A stretch of DNA of 42,528 bases from assembly GCA_965662175.1 (NCBI GenBank), contig CBFIGT010000008.1, positions 1 through 42,528 on the forward strand, in the 5' to 3' direction. A program made the translations under genes and the position numbers. Shown in pieces: positions 1-10,215 of this stretch (positions are counted from its first letter, which is position 1; the number at the start of each line of letters is the position of its first letter). Source of the stretch: Arcobacter sp. Its GTDB lineage: Bacteria; Campylobacterota; Campylobacteria; Campylobacterales; Arcobacteraceae. Below the pieces are notes generated by a model that was given only the letters and a program-made list of their open reading frames with translations, made no database searches and was not told the origin of the DNA.

Positions 1-720
1 TTTATTATCTGTTTTATTCCATTTTTCTTGGGTTTTTTACTTCCATTTACTCAAATGACATATTGGTTTTATATCTCTTATGAAACAATAATTGATGAGG
101 ATTTTTTAGAAGTTTTTTACCAAACATTATCTTTAGGAGTTTTTTCAAGTATTCTTATAACTCTTTTAGCTTTTATTTTTGTTTATAATATAAGAATACA
201 TAAAAATAAATTTGCTGAATCATTAACACAAATTTCTAAACTTGGCTACTCTATTCCTGGAGCTGTTGTTGCGGTTGGAATTTTGTCTTTTTTTGCAATT
301 ATAAATGATAAAATGGATATTTTATTAAGTGGTACTTTACTTGCTATGATTTTTGGTTATGTAGTTAGATTTATAGCAATATCAATAAATAATTATGAAT
401 CAGGTTTTTCTAAAATACCAATAACATATGATGATGCTTGTAAAACTATGAATATAAGCTCTTTTCAAACATTTTTTAAGGTTATTTTACCTTTAATTAA
501 AAACTCAATTTTTGTTAGTTTAATTATTGTTTTTATTGAGGTAATAAAAGAGTTACCATTGACTATGATTTTAAGACCATTTAATTATGACACTTTAGCT
601 GTCTATTCCCATGAATTAGTTGGTCAAGCTCAAGTTATAGAATCAAGTGTACCTGCTATGTTTATTGTTATATTGGGAATTATATCTGTTTTAGCATTAG
701 TAAATAAAATGAAAAATTAA
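1..720 (+). CDS. Fe3+-type ABC transporter permease (FbpB-like), 5'-truncated by the window edge
   Basis: Frame is open from base 1 (FIICFIPFFLG...), so the listed TTG start at 28 is internal. Multiple TM segments, GYSIPGAVVAVG, an EAA-like loop (YDDACKTMN) and KELPLTMILRPFNYDTLA are typical of iron(III) ABC permeases. Confidence 0.85.
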   Translation, partial: FIICFIPFFLGFLLPFTQMTYWFYISYETIIDEDFLEVFYQTLSLGVFSSILITLLAFIFVYNIRIHKNKFAESLTQISKLGYSIPGAVVAVGILSFFAIINDKMDILLSGTLLAMIFGYVVRFIAISINNYESGFSKIPITYDDACKTMNISSFQTFFKVILPLIKNSIFVSLIIVFIEVIKELPLTMILRPFNYDTLAVYSHELVGQAQVIESSVPAMFIVILGIISVLALVNKMKN

Positions 721-731
721 CAAGGATTAAT

Positions 732-1721
732 ATGGTTGGAATTAGTGTAAAAGATTTTTCTATCTCCTTTGGAAATACCTCTATTTTGGAAAATATCTCT
801 TTTGATGTAAAAGAGGGAGAGATTGTCACAATATTAGGTCCAAGTGGATGTGGTAAAAGTACTATTTTAAGAAGTATTGCTTCTTTAGAAAATAGATACA
901 AAGGTGAAATCTATTTAAATGAAACATGTCTTGTAAATGATAAAAATAGATGTAACAAAGATATAGGCTATATTTTTCAAGATTATGCTCTTTTTCCACA
1001 CTTAAATGTAAAAGAGAATATTGAGTTTGCTTTATACAATTTACCAAATAATGAAAAACAAAAAAGAGTTGATAAACTATTAAAACAGTTTGATTTAATT
1101 GAACATAAAAATAAAAATATTCATGAATTAAGTGGAGGCCAACAACAAAGAGTTTCAATAGCAAGAGTAATTGCCTATGAGCCAAAGGTTTTACTACTTG
1201 ATGAGCCCTTTTCAAACCTTGATACGATTTTAAGAGCTAAAACAAAAATATGGTTAAAAAACTTAATAAAAGAGTTAGGATTATCAGCTATTTTAGTAAC
1301 CCACGACCAAAAAGAGGCACTCTCTATGTCTAATAAAATTGGTATTATTCATGAGAAACAAATTGTTCAATTTGATACTCCAAGAAATATTTTTGAAAAA
1401 CCAAATAGTTTATATGTTGCTAATTTTTTAAGTGAGATAAATACTCTTCCAAACTTTATTGTTGAGGAATTAAATTATGATAGTGAAAAAAAATATTTAT
1501 TAAGAAAAAATAAAACTAAGATAAGTAAAAATAAGACAAATTATGAATTAATATTAAAAGAGTTCTCTTATTGTGGTGATTATTATGAAGCTAATCTAAC
1601 ATATAAAAAAGATAGCAAAGTGAGCCTATCAGCAAATTTTAATTTAAATGAGTATACATTACTAAATGAAAAAATTTACCTAGATTTGGAACTTAGTGAC
1701 ATTATAATTGTTGATAAGTGA
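732..1721 (+). CDS. ABC transporter ATP-binding subunit (FbpC/PotA-like)
   Basis: Walker A GPSGCGKS, Q-loop FQDYALFPH, signature LSGGQQQR, Walker B LLLDEP, H-loop VTHD; AAGGA RBS; follows the permease. Confidence 0.9.
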   Translation: MVGISVKDFSISFGNTSILENISFDVKEGEIVTILGPSGCGKSTILRSIASLENRYKGEIYLNETCLVNDKNRCNKDIGYIFQDYALFPHLNVKENIEFALYNLPNNEKQKRVDKLLKQFDLIEHKNKNIHELSGGQQQRVSIARVIAYEPKVLLLDEPFSNLDTILRAKTKIWLKNLIKELGLSAILVTHDQKEALSMSNKIGIIHEKQIVQFDTPRNIFEKPNSLYVANFLSEINTLPNFIVEELNYDSEKKYLLRKNKTKISKNKTNYELILKEFSYCGDYYEANLTYKKDSKVSLSANFNLNEYTLLNEKIYLDLELSDIIIVDK

Positions 1722-1783
1722 GTTTATAGTCTAATAAAAAAGTATTTTATTTTAAATATATTTAAAAAGTAGTATACTAAAAA

Positions 1784-4045
1784 ATGAAACAAATTTACAT
1801 AAAATTATTTTTAACCATTATCTTATCATTATCTTTATATTCTAAGGATTTAGAAAAAGTATCTTTAAGACTTGATTGGTTACACCAATTTCAATTTGCT
1901 GGTTATTACATGGCAAAAGAGAAAGGTTTTTTCAAAGAAGTTGGATTAGATGTTGATATTAAAGAGTTTGACTATAAAATAGATCAAGTCCAAGAGGTTA
2001 TTAACCAAGAGGTTGATTATGCTGTTGGTAAATCATCTTTGATTATTGATAAATTAAATGGAAAAAATATCTTAACATTAGCTGCCATTTATCAAACTTC
2101 ACCTATGATATTACTAACCACAAATCTTTCAATAAAAAGACCTCAAGATTTATACAATAGAAATATAATGTTAACAAGTGATGCTAAAACATCTGTTGCA
2201 ATAAGTTCTATGATAACATCAAAGGGTATAAGTCTAAATGATATAAATTTTCAAGAACATAGTTTTAATTTAGATGATTTAATAAGTGGTAAAACTGATG
2301 CTATGGGTTCATATATTTCAAATGAACCATTTATTTTAAAAAATAAAAATATAAAATATAATATATTAGACCCAAAAGATTATGGTTTTGATTTTTATGG
2401 AGGAATACTTTTTACTTCAAAATTTGAAGTTGATAAACATCCCCAAAGAGTTCAAAACTTCCAAAAAGCAGCCCTTAAAGGTTGGTCATACGCTTTTAAT
2501 AATATTCATGAAACTATTGAAGTTATTATGAATAAGTATAATACTCAAAAAAAATCTTTTTCAGCTTTAGAGTATGAAGCCCTTACTTTAAAAGAGTTAT
2601 CACAAATTGATAAGGGTAAATTAGGTGAGATTAATTATAAAAAACTGAATGAAATAAAAAAAATCTACTCTCTTTTAGGTTATGTTGATATGAAGCAAGA
2701 GCTTTCAAATTTTATAATCTTTCCAAAAGATGTACTTCTATCAGAAAAAGAAAAAGAGTATTTAAAAGAGATTACAGTTAAATATCTATCTACACTAAAT
2801 CCTCCTTTTAATAATGGCCTTGGAAATAGTAGTATTGAGTATGATTATATCAATTTATTAAAAAATAAAATTCCTATGGATGTAAAAATAAGAAATGAAG
2901 ACTCCCCTTCTTTATTACTTAAATCACTAATGAATACTCCAACTCAAATAAAAATTGTAAGTACTTTAGATGATTATAATCAAACTAATGTTTTGAAAAC
3001 AAATCCAATAACAAAATACTCACTTGCAATTGTTTCTAAACTAAATACATCATTTATATCATCAACTTCAATGCTTAATAATAAAAAAGTAGCTATTAGA
3101 GGGGATAATATTCTCAATGAAAAGATTATGAAAGCATATTCTAATATTACTTTTGTGCAGACTAAAACCTTAGATGATGCTCTAAAACTACTTGAAGAGG
3201 GAAAGGTTTATGCTGTTCTTGAAATATTGCCTTTACTAAACTATAAAATAAAAGAGTTAGAAATAAAAGATATAAAAATAGTTGGTACTACTGAGTTTTT
3301 CTATGAATTAAGTTATATGCTAAATAGTAAAGATACTATTTTACACTCTATTTTAAATAAAGCAATTGAGAGAATAAACATAGAAGATATAGAAAAAATA
3401 GATTTTATTTATAATAAGCTTGATTATCATGAAAGTAGTAATTCAGAGCTATTTTATAAGATAGCTTTTTTCTCTACTTTGTTAATCATTTTTCTAATTG
3501 TATTAAATATTAAACTATCTAAAGAGATAAAGAAAAGAAAAGATGCTGAAAAGAGATTAAGTAGTCTATCTCACACAGATGAATTAACAGGATTAAATAA
3601 TAAAAGAAAAATTATAAAAATATTAATTAATAAAATTGTTCTATCAAAAAGGTATGCAAGGCCATTATCTATAATATTTTTTAATATTGATAATTTCAAA
3701 AAAGTAAATTCACTTCATGGACACACAATTGGTGATGAAGTTTTAAAAGAGTTAATTGATTTAATAAATAAAAATATTAGAACATCTGATATTTTAGGTC
3801 GAATGGATGGAGATAATTTCCTTCTACTTCTTCCTGAAACATCAAAAGAGAATGCAAAAAGAACTGCTGAAAACTTAAAAGATATAATTGCATCTTTCAA
3901 GTTTAAAATAGGTATAAATATAACTTGTAGCTTTGGAGTCTCTTCACTTGAAGAGAATGATACAAAAAAATCTTTACTAAAAAAAGCTGAAGATGCAATG
4001 TTTGAAGTTAAAAGTGATTTAAAAAATGACGTTAAAGTAGATTAA
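1784..4045 (+). CDS. Membrane sensor with NMT1/THI5-like and PBPb periplasmic domains, one TM and a degenerate GGDEF domain
   Basis: Signal peptide, LDWLHQFQFAGYYMAKEKGFF (NMT1-type), a second SBP-like domain, a TM near residues 557-577, then TDELTGL...NIDNFKKVN...GHTIGDEVL...RTSD...RMDGDNF. Confidence 0.8.
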   Translation: MKQIYIKLFLTIILSLSLYSKDLEKVSLRLDWLHQFQFAGYYMAKEKGFFKEVGLDVDIKEFDYKIDQVQEVINQEVDYAVGKSSLIIDKLNGKNILTLAAIYQTSPMILLTTNLSIKRPQDLYNRNIMLTSDAKTSVAISSMITSKGISLNDINFQEHSFNLDDLISGKTDAMGSYISNEPFILKNKNIKYNILDPKDYGFDFYGGILFTSKFEVDKHPQRVQNFQKAALKGWSYAFNNIHETIEVIMNKYNTQKKSFSALEYEALTLKELSQIDKGKLGEINYKKLNEIKKIYSLLGYVDMKQELSNFIIFPKDVLLSEKEKEYLKEITVKYLSTLNPPFNNGLGNSSIEYDYINLLKNKIPMDVKIRNEDSPSLLLKSLMNTPTQIKIVSTLDDYNQTNVLKTNPITKYSLAIVSKLNTSFISSTSMLNNKKVAIRGDNILNEKIMKAYSNITFVQTKTLDDALKLLEEGKVYAVLEILPLLNYKIKELEIKDIKIVGTTEFFYELSYMLNSKDTILHSILNKAIERINIEDIEKIDFIYNKLDYHESSNSELFYKIAFFSTLLIIFLIVLNIKLSKEIKKRKDAEKRLSSLSHTDELTGLNNKRKIIKILINKIVLSKRYARPLSIIFFNIDNFKKVNSLHGHTIGDEVLKELIDLINKNIRTSDILGRMDGDNFLLLLPETSKENAKRTAENLKDIIASFKFKIGINITCSFGVSSLEENDTKKSLLKKAEDAMFEVKSDLKNDVKVD

Positions 4046-4055
4046 CTACTTTAAC

Positions 4056-5867
4056 TTATATTTGAAATTTTTTGATTAAATCATCACTACAGTTTAATAT
4101 TCCTCTTTCTCTTAAATCATCAATTACACTCATTGTACAATTAACATCATCAGGCCATCTTCGTTGAAAGTTATCAAATGAGTTTTTATTTGTAGCATCA
4201 ACACCTAAGGTATTGTTATTTAAATAAATATCCCTATTTGAGTCAATATTATTACAAACTCTCCAAACAAGCATATAAGGATTTGTAACATCATTTTTTT
4301 CACTATCAACAAATATTACAATTTTTAAATGCTCATATAAAGGTTTCAACTCTTCAAATAGATATTTTTGACTTCTGGTTTTATTTACACTTATTACTGT
4401 AATTGGATTTTTTGTATATTTAAAATATTGTTTTAAATCAATAATTTCACTACTTATCTCTTTTGCTTTATTTAATAGTTCTGAATCATTTAAAACCTTA
4501 ATTCCACTCTCACTAATCTCATCACCTGTACAATCAAGTCCAAGTTTCCCACCAACAGCAAACTTTGGACTTGAGTGGTCAAGGGCATCAACAACACCCT
4601 TTGAGATAAATAAATCATTTATATCTATTCTATTTAATATATATTTTGTAATCTCTTCATGATTAGTTAATAAAGGTGCATCTTCATTTACAAATATAGC
4701 ATGTTTTACAAAAGACATTTGCCCTACTCCCCAAAATGCATGCATCATTTGACTTGCATGTCCTGGATATAGAGTTTTGATTTTTGCTAAAATTAGATTA
4801 TGGAAAACTCCATTTTCAGGCATATAATAATCAATCAAATCAGGCGCTGTAGTTTTAAGTAGTGGTAAAAATATTCTCTCAGTTGCATGCCCCATATATT
4901 TATCTTCAAGTGGTGGTTTTCCAACAACTGTTGCTAAAAATGTAGGTTTTGCCTTACTTGTAATTGCTGTAACTTCCATAAAAGGATACTCTTCTTCCAA
5001 AGTATAATAACCAGTATGATCACCAAATGGTCCCTCAATTCTTGTTTTTGAAGGATCTACAAATCCCTCAATAATAAAGTCATTATCTTTTGGTACATAT
5101 ATATCATTTGTAATAGATTTTACTAGCTGTGCATTTTTTCCTTTTACAAAACCATATAACATTAACTCAAAAACTCCAATTGGAAGTGGCGCTTGTCCAC
5201 ACCAAATATACATAGGGTCACCACCTATACCAATACTTACAGGCATTTTTTTACCAGCTTTTTTGTACTCATGTAAAAAGTGATTTGAGTCTTTATGAAT
5301 TTGCCAATGAAGTCCAACTGTATGGTCATCAAAAATTTGTAATCTATACATTCCTAAATTTTTCATCTCACCATTTAAAGAAGTTGTATAAACTTGTCCC
5401 ATAGTAATAAAAGGACCACCATCTTGTTCCCAAGTTGTTAAAACAGGTAAATCAGAAAGTTTAGCATCAGCTCCTAGTTTTATAACTTGTTGACACTCCC
5501 CTTTTCCTCTATTTTTCTTTGGTATTGTATTTTTTAAAGCAAACAGTTTTCCAAATGTTGAAAGTTTTTCACTAAATGTTGTTGGAGGCTTCATTTTTAA
5601 TAAGCTCTCTATTTCAGCACCAATTTTATCACCATCACCAATAAAAAGTTCAACTGCTTTTTCATTACAAAAAACATTCATAAGAACTGGAATATCAAAC
5701 TTCTTTCCTGTTCTTTTATCAATTGGATTTGTAAATAAAATTGCTTTAGAGTCCTCTTTTTTCACTTCAACATAAGCAATATGTGGTATCTCTAAATATA
5801 TGTCTAACTCATCATCAATAACTCGAAGTAAATCGTTTTTTCTTAATATTTCTATAGCTTTTTCCAT
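4056..5867 (-). CDS. mqnL: UbiD-family menaquinone biosynthesis decarboxylase (futalosine pathway)
   Basis: NLGMYRLQ, EGPFGDHTGYY, VVGKPPLED and WGVGQMSFVK motifs; about 600 aa with a duplicated C-terminal domain, as in the long UbiD-like menaquinone decarboxylases. Confidence 0.8.
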   Translation of the reverse strand: MEKAIEILRKNDLLRVIDDELDIYLEIPHIAYVEVKKEDSKAILFTNPIDKRTGKKFDIPVLMNVFCNEKAVELFIGDGDKIGAEIESLLKMKPPTTFSEKLSTFGKLFALKNTIPKKNRGKGECQQVIKLGADAKLSDLPVLTTWEQDGGPFITMGQVYTTSLNGEMKNLGMYRLQIFDDHTVGLHWQIHKDSNHFLHEYKKAGKKMPVSIGIGGDPMYIWCGQAPLPIGVFELMLYGFVKGKNAQLVKSITNDIYVPKDNDFIIEGFVDPSKTRIEGPFGDHTGYYTLEEEYPFMEVTAITSKAKPTFLATVVGKPPLEDKYMGHATERIFLPLLKTTAPDLIDYYMPENGVFHNLILAKIKTLYPGHASQMMHAFWGVGQMSFVKHAIFVNEDAPLLTNHEEITKYILNRIDINDLFISKGVVDALDHSSPKFAVGGKLGLDCTGDEISESGIKVLNDSELLNKAKEISSEIIDLKQYFKYTKNPITVISVNKTRSQKYLFEELKPLYEHLKIVIFVDSEKNDVTNPYMLVWRVCNNIDSNRDIYLNNNTLGVDATNKNSFDNFQRRWPDDVNCTMSVIDDLRERGILNCSDDLIKKFQI

Positions 5868-5951
5868 TTTATCCCCATAATAATCAAATAATTAGTTTAA
5901 ATCTTATATCATTTTATCGTTAAAAATTGGATTATAATAGGGGTTTTAAAT

Positions 5952-7100
5952 ATGTTTGATAAGGTAATTAATAGAAAAGGAACTTCTTGTTCAAAGTATG
6001 ATGATTTAGAACACTACTTTGGTAGTGATGATTTAGACCCTTTATGGGTTGCTGATATGGATTTTGAAATTCCAGATTTTTTACAAAAAGCTATTCAAGA
6101 TAGAGCAGCTCATAATATATTTGGATATGGAATGCAAAATAAAGAGATTTTTGAAAATATAAAAAACTGGATGAAATCACAACATAACTGGGATATTTCC
6201 ACAAATAGTATATCATTATGTAATGGAGTTGTACCAGCTTATAGTGCTTGTATTGAGGCTTTTTCTAATGAAGGTGATGAAGTTATAGTTCAAACACCTG
6301 TATATTTTCCCCTTTTTCAATGCGTACATTCAAATCAAAGAAAACTTTTAATAAATCCTTTAAAAGAGGAAAATGGCTACTACTCAATGGATTTAGAGCA
6401 TTTAAAATCTATAATTACTCCAAAAACAAAAATATTAACACTTTGTTCACCTCACAACCCTGTAGGAAGAGTTTGGAGTAAAAAAGAGTTAGAAGAGTTA
6501 GGAAAAATATGTATTGAAAATAGTATCACTATAATAAGTGATGAAATACATGCTGATTTAGTTTTTAAAAAATTTACACCTTTAGCTTCAATCTCAAATG
6601 AACTAGCTAATATAAGTGTTACCCTAAACTCACCTGGAAAAACTTTTAATATTGCTGGATTAAATGCTTCATATTGTATAACTGAAAATAAAAAGTTAAA
6701 AATTACTCTTGATAAAGTTATTAAAAGAAGAGTTATTAATTCTATAAATGTATTTGGATTAATAGCAATGAATGTAGCATATGCTCATGGAACCCAGTGG
6801 TTGCATGACTTAAGAGAGTATATCGATGAAAATATCAAATTTACAATAGAGTATTTAGAGTCAAAAAGTAGCATTCGTATTTTTAGGCCTGAAGCCACTT
6901 ATTTATTATGGTTAGACTTTAGTGAGTGTAATATGTCACATGAACAGATAAAAGAGCTTTTATTAAAAGATGCTAAAGTTGCCCTAAATGACGGGCTTTC
7001 TTTTGGAAATAATGGAAATTTACACTTTAGATTAAATTGTACAAAACCTAGAAATGAGCTTAAGTTATCATTAGATAAGATTATTAATTTTATAAGGTAA
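5952..7100 (+). CDS. PatB/MalY-family PLP-dependent C-S lyase (cystathionine beta-lyase-like)
   Basis: PLWVADMDF, LCSPHNPVGRVW, SDEIHADL, SPGKTFNIAGL (PLP lysine), PEATYLLWLD. Confidence 0.88.
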   Translation: MFDKVINRKGTSCSKYDDLEHYFGSDDLDPLWVADMDFEIPDFLQKAIQDRAAHNIFGYGMQNKEIFENIKNWMKSQHNWDISTNSISLCNGVVPAYSACIEAFSNEGDEVIVQTPVYFPLFQCVHSNQRKLLINPLKEENGYYSMDLEHLKSIITPKTKILTLCSPHNPVGRVWSKKELEELGKICIENSITIISDEIHADLVFKKFTPLASISNELANISVTLNSPGKTFNIAGLNASYCITENKKLKITLDKVIKRRVINSINVFGLIAMNVAYAHGTQWLHDLREYIDENIKFTIEYLESKSSIRIFRPEATYLLWLDFSECNMSHEQIKELLLKDAKVALNDGLSFGNNGNLHFRLNCTKPRNELKLSLDKIINFIR

Positions 7101-7234
7101 AGAAAATTATATATTAAAGTATTACCTTTTTTCTCACTTTTTCATCTTTAATTATTTATTGTAACAAATGCATTATGATTTGCATTTATCTATAGTAAAA
7201 TCATTTTACACAATATTTATGAAATGGATTAAGC

Positions 7235-7597
7235 ATGTCAAATGAACTTTTGTTGTCAACAACTATATTTGTTGTAATTGGTATAGTTCTTGTGTCAGTT
7301 TTCTTACTGTCTAAATATCTTGGACCTCAAAATAAAGAGGACAAGGCAAAAAATACAGTATACGAATCTGGTGTAAGTAACCCCGTTGGAGGAACTAAAC
7401 TACGGTTTAGTATTAAGTTTTATTTAGTAGCAATTTTATTTGTACTATTTGATGTTGAGATAATCTTCATGTTCCCTTGGGCTGTAAATATTAGAGAACT
7501 AGGATATCTAGGATTATTCGAAATGTTTATGTTCATGGGCTTACTATTTGCAGGTTTAATTTACATCTATAAGAAAAAGGCATTATCATGGGAGTAG
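7235..7597 (+). CDS. nuoA: NADH-quinone oxidoreductase subunit A
   Basis: Three TMs; YESG loop; [18 protein letters not shown]. Confidence 0.95.
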   Translation: MSNELLLSTTIFVVIGIVLVSVFLLSKYLGPQNKEDKAKNTVYESGVSNPVGGTKLRFSIKFYLVAILFVLFDVEIIFMFPWAVNIRELGYLGLFEMFMFMGLLFAGLIYIYKKKALSWE

Positions 7598-8112
7598 GAG
7601 CAGAATCAGTATTAGGTGATTCAGTAATCACTACAAGACTTGACAAAGCAGTTAACTGGGCAAGGTCATACTCATTATGGCCTATGGTATTTGGTACTGC
7701 TTGTTGTGGTATTGAGTTTATGTCAGTTGCAGCATCTAGATACGATTTATCAAGATTTGGAGCAGAGGTTGTTAGGTTCTCACCTAGACAAGCTGACTTA
7801 TTAATTGTTGCAGGTACTATCACATATAAACAAGCACCTGTATTAAAGAAAATTTATGATCAAATGTGCGAACCAAAATGGGTTATCTCAATGGGTGCAT
7901 GTGCAAGTTCTGGTGGTTTTTATGATAACTATACTACTTTACAAGGAATTGATGCAATTATTCCTGTAGATGAGTATGTGTCAGGTTGTCCACCAAGACC
8001 AGAAGCGGTTTTAGATGCAATTATGAATATTCAAAAGAAAACAGAACAAGACTCAGGTATTAAAGATAGAGTTGTTAAGTTTAAAGAGTTTAAAGGAATC
8101 CTTGATGCTTAA
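7588..8112 (+). CDS. nuoB: NADH-quinone oxidoreductase subunit B
   Basis: [31 protein letters not shown] (N2 cluster ligands). Confidence 0.96.
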   Translation: MGVGAESVLGDSVITTRLDKAVNWARSYSLWPMVFGTACCGIEFMSVAASRYDLSRFGAEVVRFSPRQADLLIVAGTITYKQAPVLKKIYDQMCEPKWVISMGACASSGGFYDNYTTLQGIDAIIPVDEYVSGCPPRPEAVLDAIMNIQKKTEQDSGIKDRVVKFKEFKGILDA

Positions 8113-9739
8113 ACCAGATATTATAATTTCGCAAAATGAGATAAAATCTACAGTTTTAAAACTAAAAAATGAAGATGGATTTAATCTTCTTTTGGATATT
8201 ACAGCTGTTGATTATCTAAAATACCCAGATGTAACACCATCAAGATTTGCTCTTATTTATATATTAAGAGATAAAACATTTAAAAAACAAATGGTTATAA
8301 AATGTTTTGTTGATGATAACAACTTAAATGTTGATACAATCTCTGATATTTTTGAAGCTGCAAACTGGGCTGAAAGAGAGACTTATGACCAATATGGAAT
8401 TAAGTTCATAGGTCACCCAAATATGAAAAGACTTCTTAATCACCACCAATTTGTAGGTCATCCATTAAGAAAAGATTATAGAATCACTGATGGTCAGATT
8501 TGTACTGAAACTGAAGATTTAATGGATGAAATGACTCCACTTTTAAAATCTAAAGGTTTTAAAGATGATCATTTAGAAGAGTTAATGTTCTTAAATGTTG
8601 GACCATCTCACCCAGCATCTCACGGTACTATTAGAAACTTTTTAGCTATGGAGGGAGAATCAATTTCAGCATGTGTTACAGAGATTGGTTACTTACATAG
8701 AGGTTTTGAAAAAGCTTGTGAAACACATACTTATTCTCAAGTTATTCCATATACAGATAGATTAAACTACTGTTCTGCAATTTTAAATAATATTGGTTAT
8801 GCAAAAGCTGTTGAAGATATGTTAAAAATAGATATCACTCCAAGAGCTAAAATGATTAGAATTATCATTGGTGAATTAAGTAGAATTACTGACCACTTAG
8901 TTTGTAATGCAGCTAATATGGTTGATATGGGAGGTCTAACTAACTTCTGGTATATTTTCGCTCCAAGAGATAAAGCATATGATATTTTATCAAAACTTAC
9001 AGGTGCTAGATTAACTAACTCATATACAAGAATTGGTGGTTTAGAGTTTGACTTATATGATGGTTTTGAAGCTGATTTAGATGATGTTTTAAGAGATGTG
9101 GAAAAAGCAATTGATGATGCTATGTCTTTAGTTGAAAGAAATAAAATTTTCCAAGATAGATCACAAGATGTAGGTGTTATAAACTCTGAGTTTGCAATTA
9201 GTGCAGGAATTACAGGTCCTAATTTAAGAGCTACAGGTGTTGCATTTGACTTAAGAAAAGACAAACCTTATTATGGCTACGAAAACTTTGATTTTGATGT
9301 TGTTGTTGGATCACATGGTGATGTTTATGACAGATTTATGTGTAGATTTGAAGAGTGTAGACAATCAATTAGAATTATTGAACAAGCTATGAAAGAGCTA
9401 CCAGATGGTCCTATTAATGTAAATGCACCTGGTGTTTTCTTACCTACTAAAAATAGTGTTTATGGAAATATTGAGGGCTTAATGAACCAATTCAAATTAA
9501 CATTTGAGGGTATTAAAGTTCCAAAAGGTGAATACTATGGATTTACAGAGGGTGGAAATGGTGAATTAGGTTTCCATATTACAAGTGATGGAACAGGAAC
9601 ACCATACAAAGTAAAATGTAGACCACCATGTTTCTATTCACTTGCAGCTTTTGCAAAAATTGTAGAAAATTCAATGTTAGCTGATGCCGTTATTACTATG
9701 GCATCTATGAACTTTATTGCAGGGGAGTTTGATAGATAA
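8105..9739 (+). CDS. nuoCD: Fused NADH-quinone oxidoreductase subunit C/D
   Basis: ATG at 8105 follows AAAGGA and is a better start than 8072. NuoC motifs WAERE...GHP...GHPLRKDY, then NuoD motifs [23 protein letters not shown] and C-terminal GEFDR. Confidence 0.95.
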   Translation: MLKPDIIISQNEIKSTVLKLKNEDGFNLLLDITAVDYLKYPDVTPSRFALIYILRDKTFKKQMVIKCFVDDNNLNVDTISDIFEAANWAERETYDQYGIKFIGHPNMKRLLNHHQFVGHPLRKDYRITDGQICTETEDLMDEMTPLLKSKGFKDDHLEELMFLNVGPSHPASHGTIRNFLAMEGESISACVTEIGYLHRGFEKACETHTYSQVIPYTDRLNYCSAILNNIGYAKAVEDMLKIDITPRAKMIRIIIGELSRITDHLVCNAANMVDMGGLTNFWYIFAPRDKAYDILSKLTGARLTNSYTRIGGLEFDLYDGFEADLDDVLRDVEKAIDDAMSLVERNKIFQDRSQDVGVINSEFAISAGITGPNLRATGVAFDLRKDKPYYGYENFDFDVVVGSHGDVYDRFMCRFEECRQSIRIIEQAMKELPDGPINVNAPGVFLPTKNSVYGNIEGLMNQFKLTFEGIKVPKGEYYGFTEGGNGELGFHITSDGTGTPYKVKCRPPCFYSLAAFAKIVENSMLADAVITMASMNFIAGEFDR

Positions 9740-10215
9740 TGAGTACATTTCAATATACAAAAGAAAACGAAGCTAAATTTGAAAATATAGCAAAAAAATA
9801 CCCAAAAATCGATGCAATGATGCTACCTGCTTTATGGTTAGTTCAAGAGCAAGAGGGATGGGTAAGTCCTGAAGCTATGATATTTGTAGCTGATAGATTA
9901 AAAAAACAACCAATTGAAGTTTATGAGTTTGCAACATTTTATACAATGTTTAACTTAAAACCAATTGGAACTTACCATATTGAGCTTTGTAAAACACTTT
10001 CATGTATGCTAATGGGAGCGCCTGAGCTTAAAAAATTTATTAAAGAAACAATTGGAATTGAACCAGGTCAAACAAGTGCTGATGGTAAATTTCACCTAAG
10101 TGAAGTTGAGTGTCAAGGAGCTTGTGGTGGTGCACCAATGATTGCTTTAAACCACGTATATCACGAGAATTTAACAGTTGATAAATTAAAGAGTATTCTT
10201 GGGGAGTGTAAATAA
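9739..10215 (+). CDS. nuoE: NADH-quinone oxidoreductase subunit E
   Basis: ATFYTMF; CKTLSC...ECQGACGGAP ([2Fe-2S] N1a ligands). Confidence 0.93.
   Translation: MSTFQYTKENEAKFENIAKKYPKIDAMMLPALWLVQEQEGWVSPEAMIFVADRLKKQPIEVYEFATFYTMFNLKPIGTYHIELCKTLSCMLMGAPELKKFIKETIGIEPGQTSADGKFHLSEVECQGACGGAPMIALNHVYHENLTVDKLKSILGECK

Noticed and set aside
8072..8104. Longer N-terminus for nuoCD from the ORF track
   Set aside because: It would overlap nuoB by 41 bp; the ATG at 8105 has a proper AAAGGA RBS.
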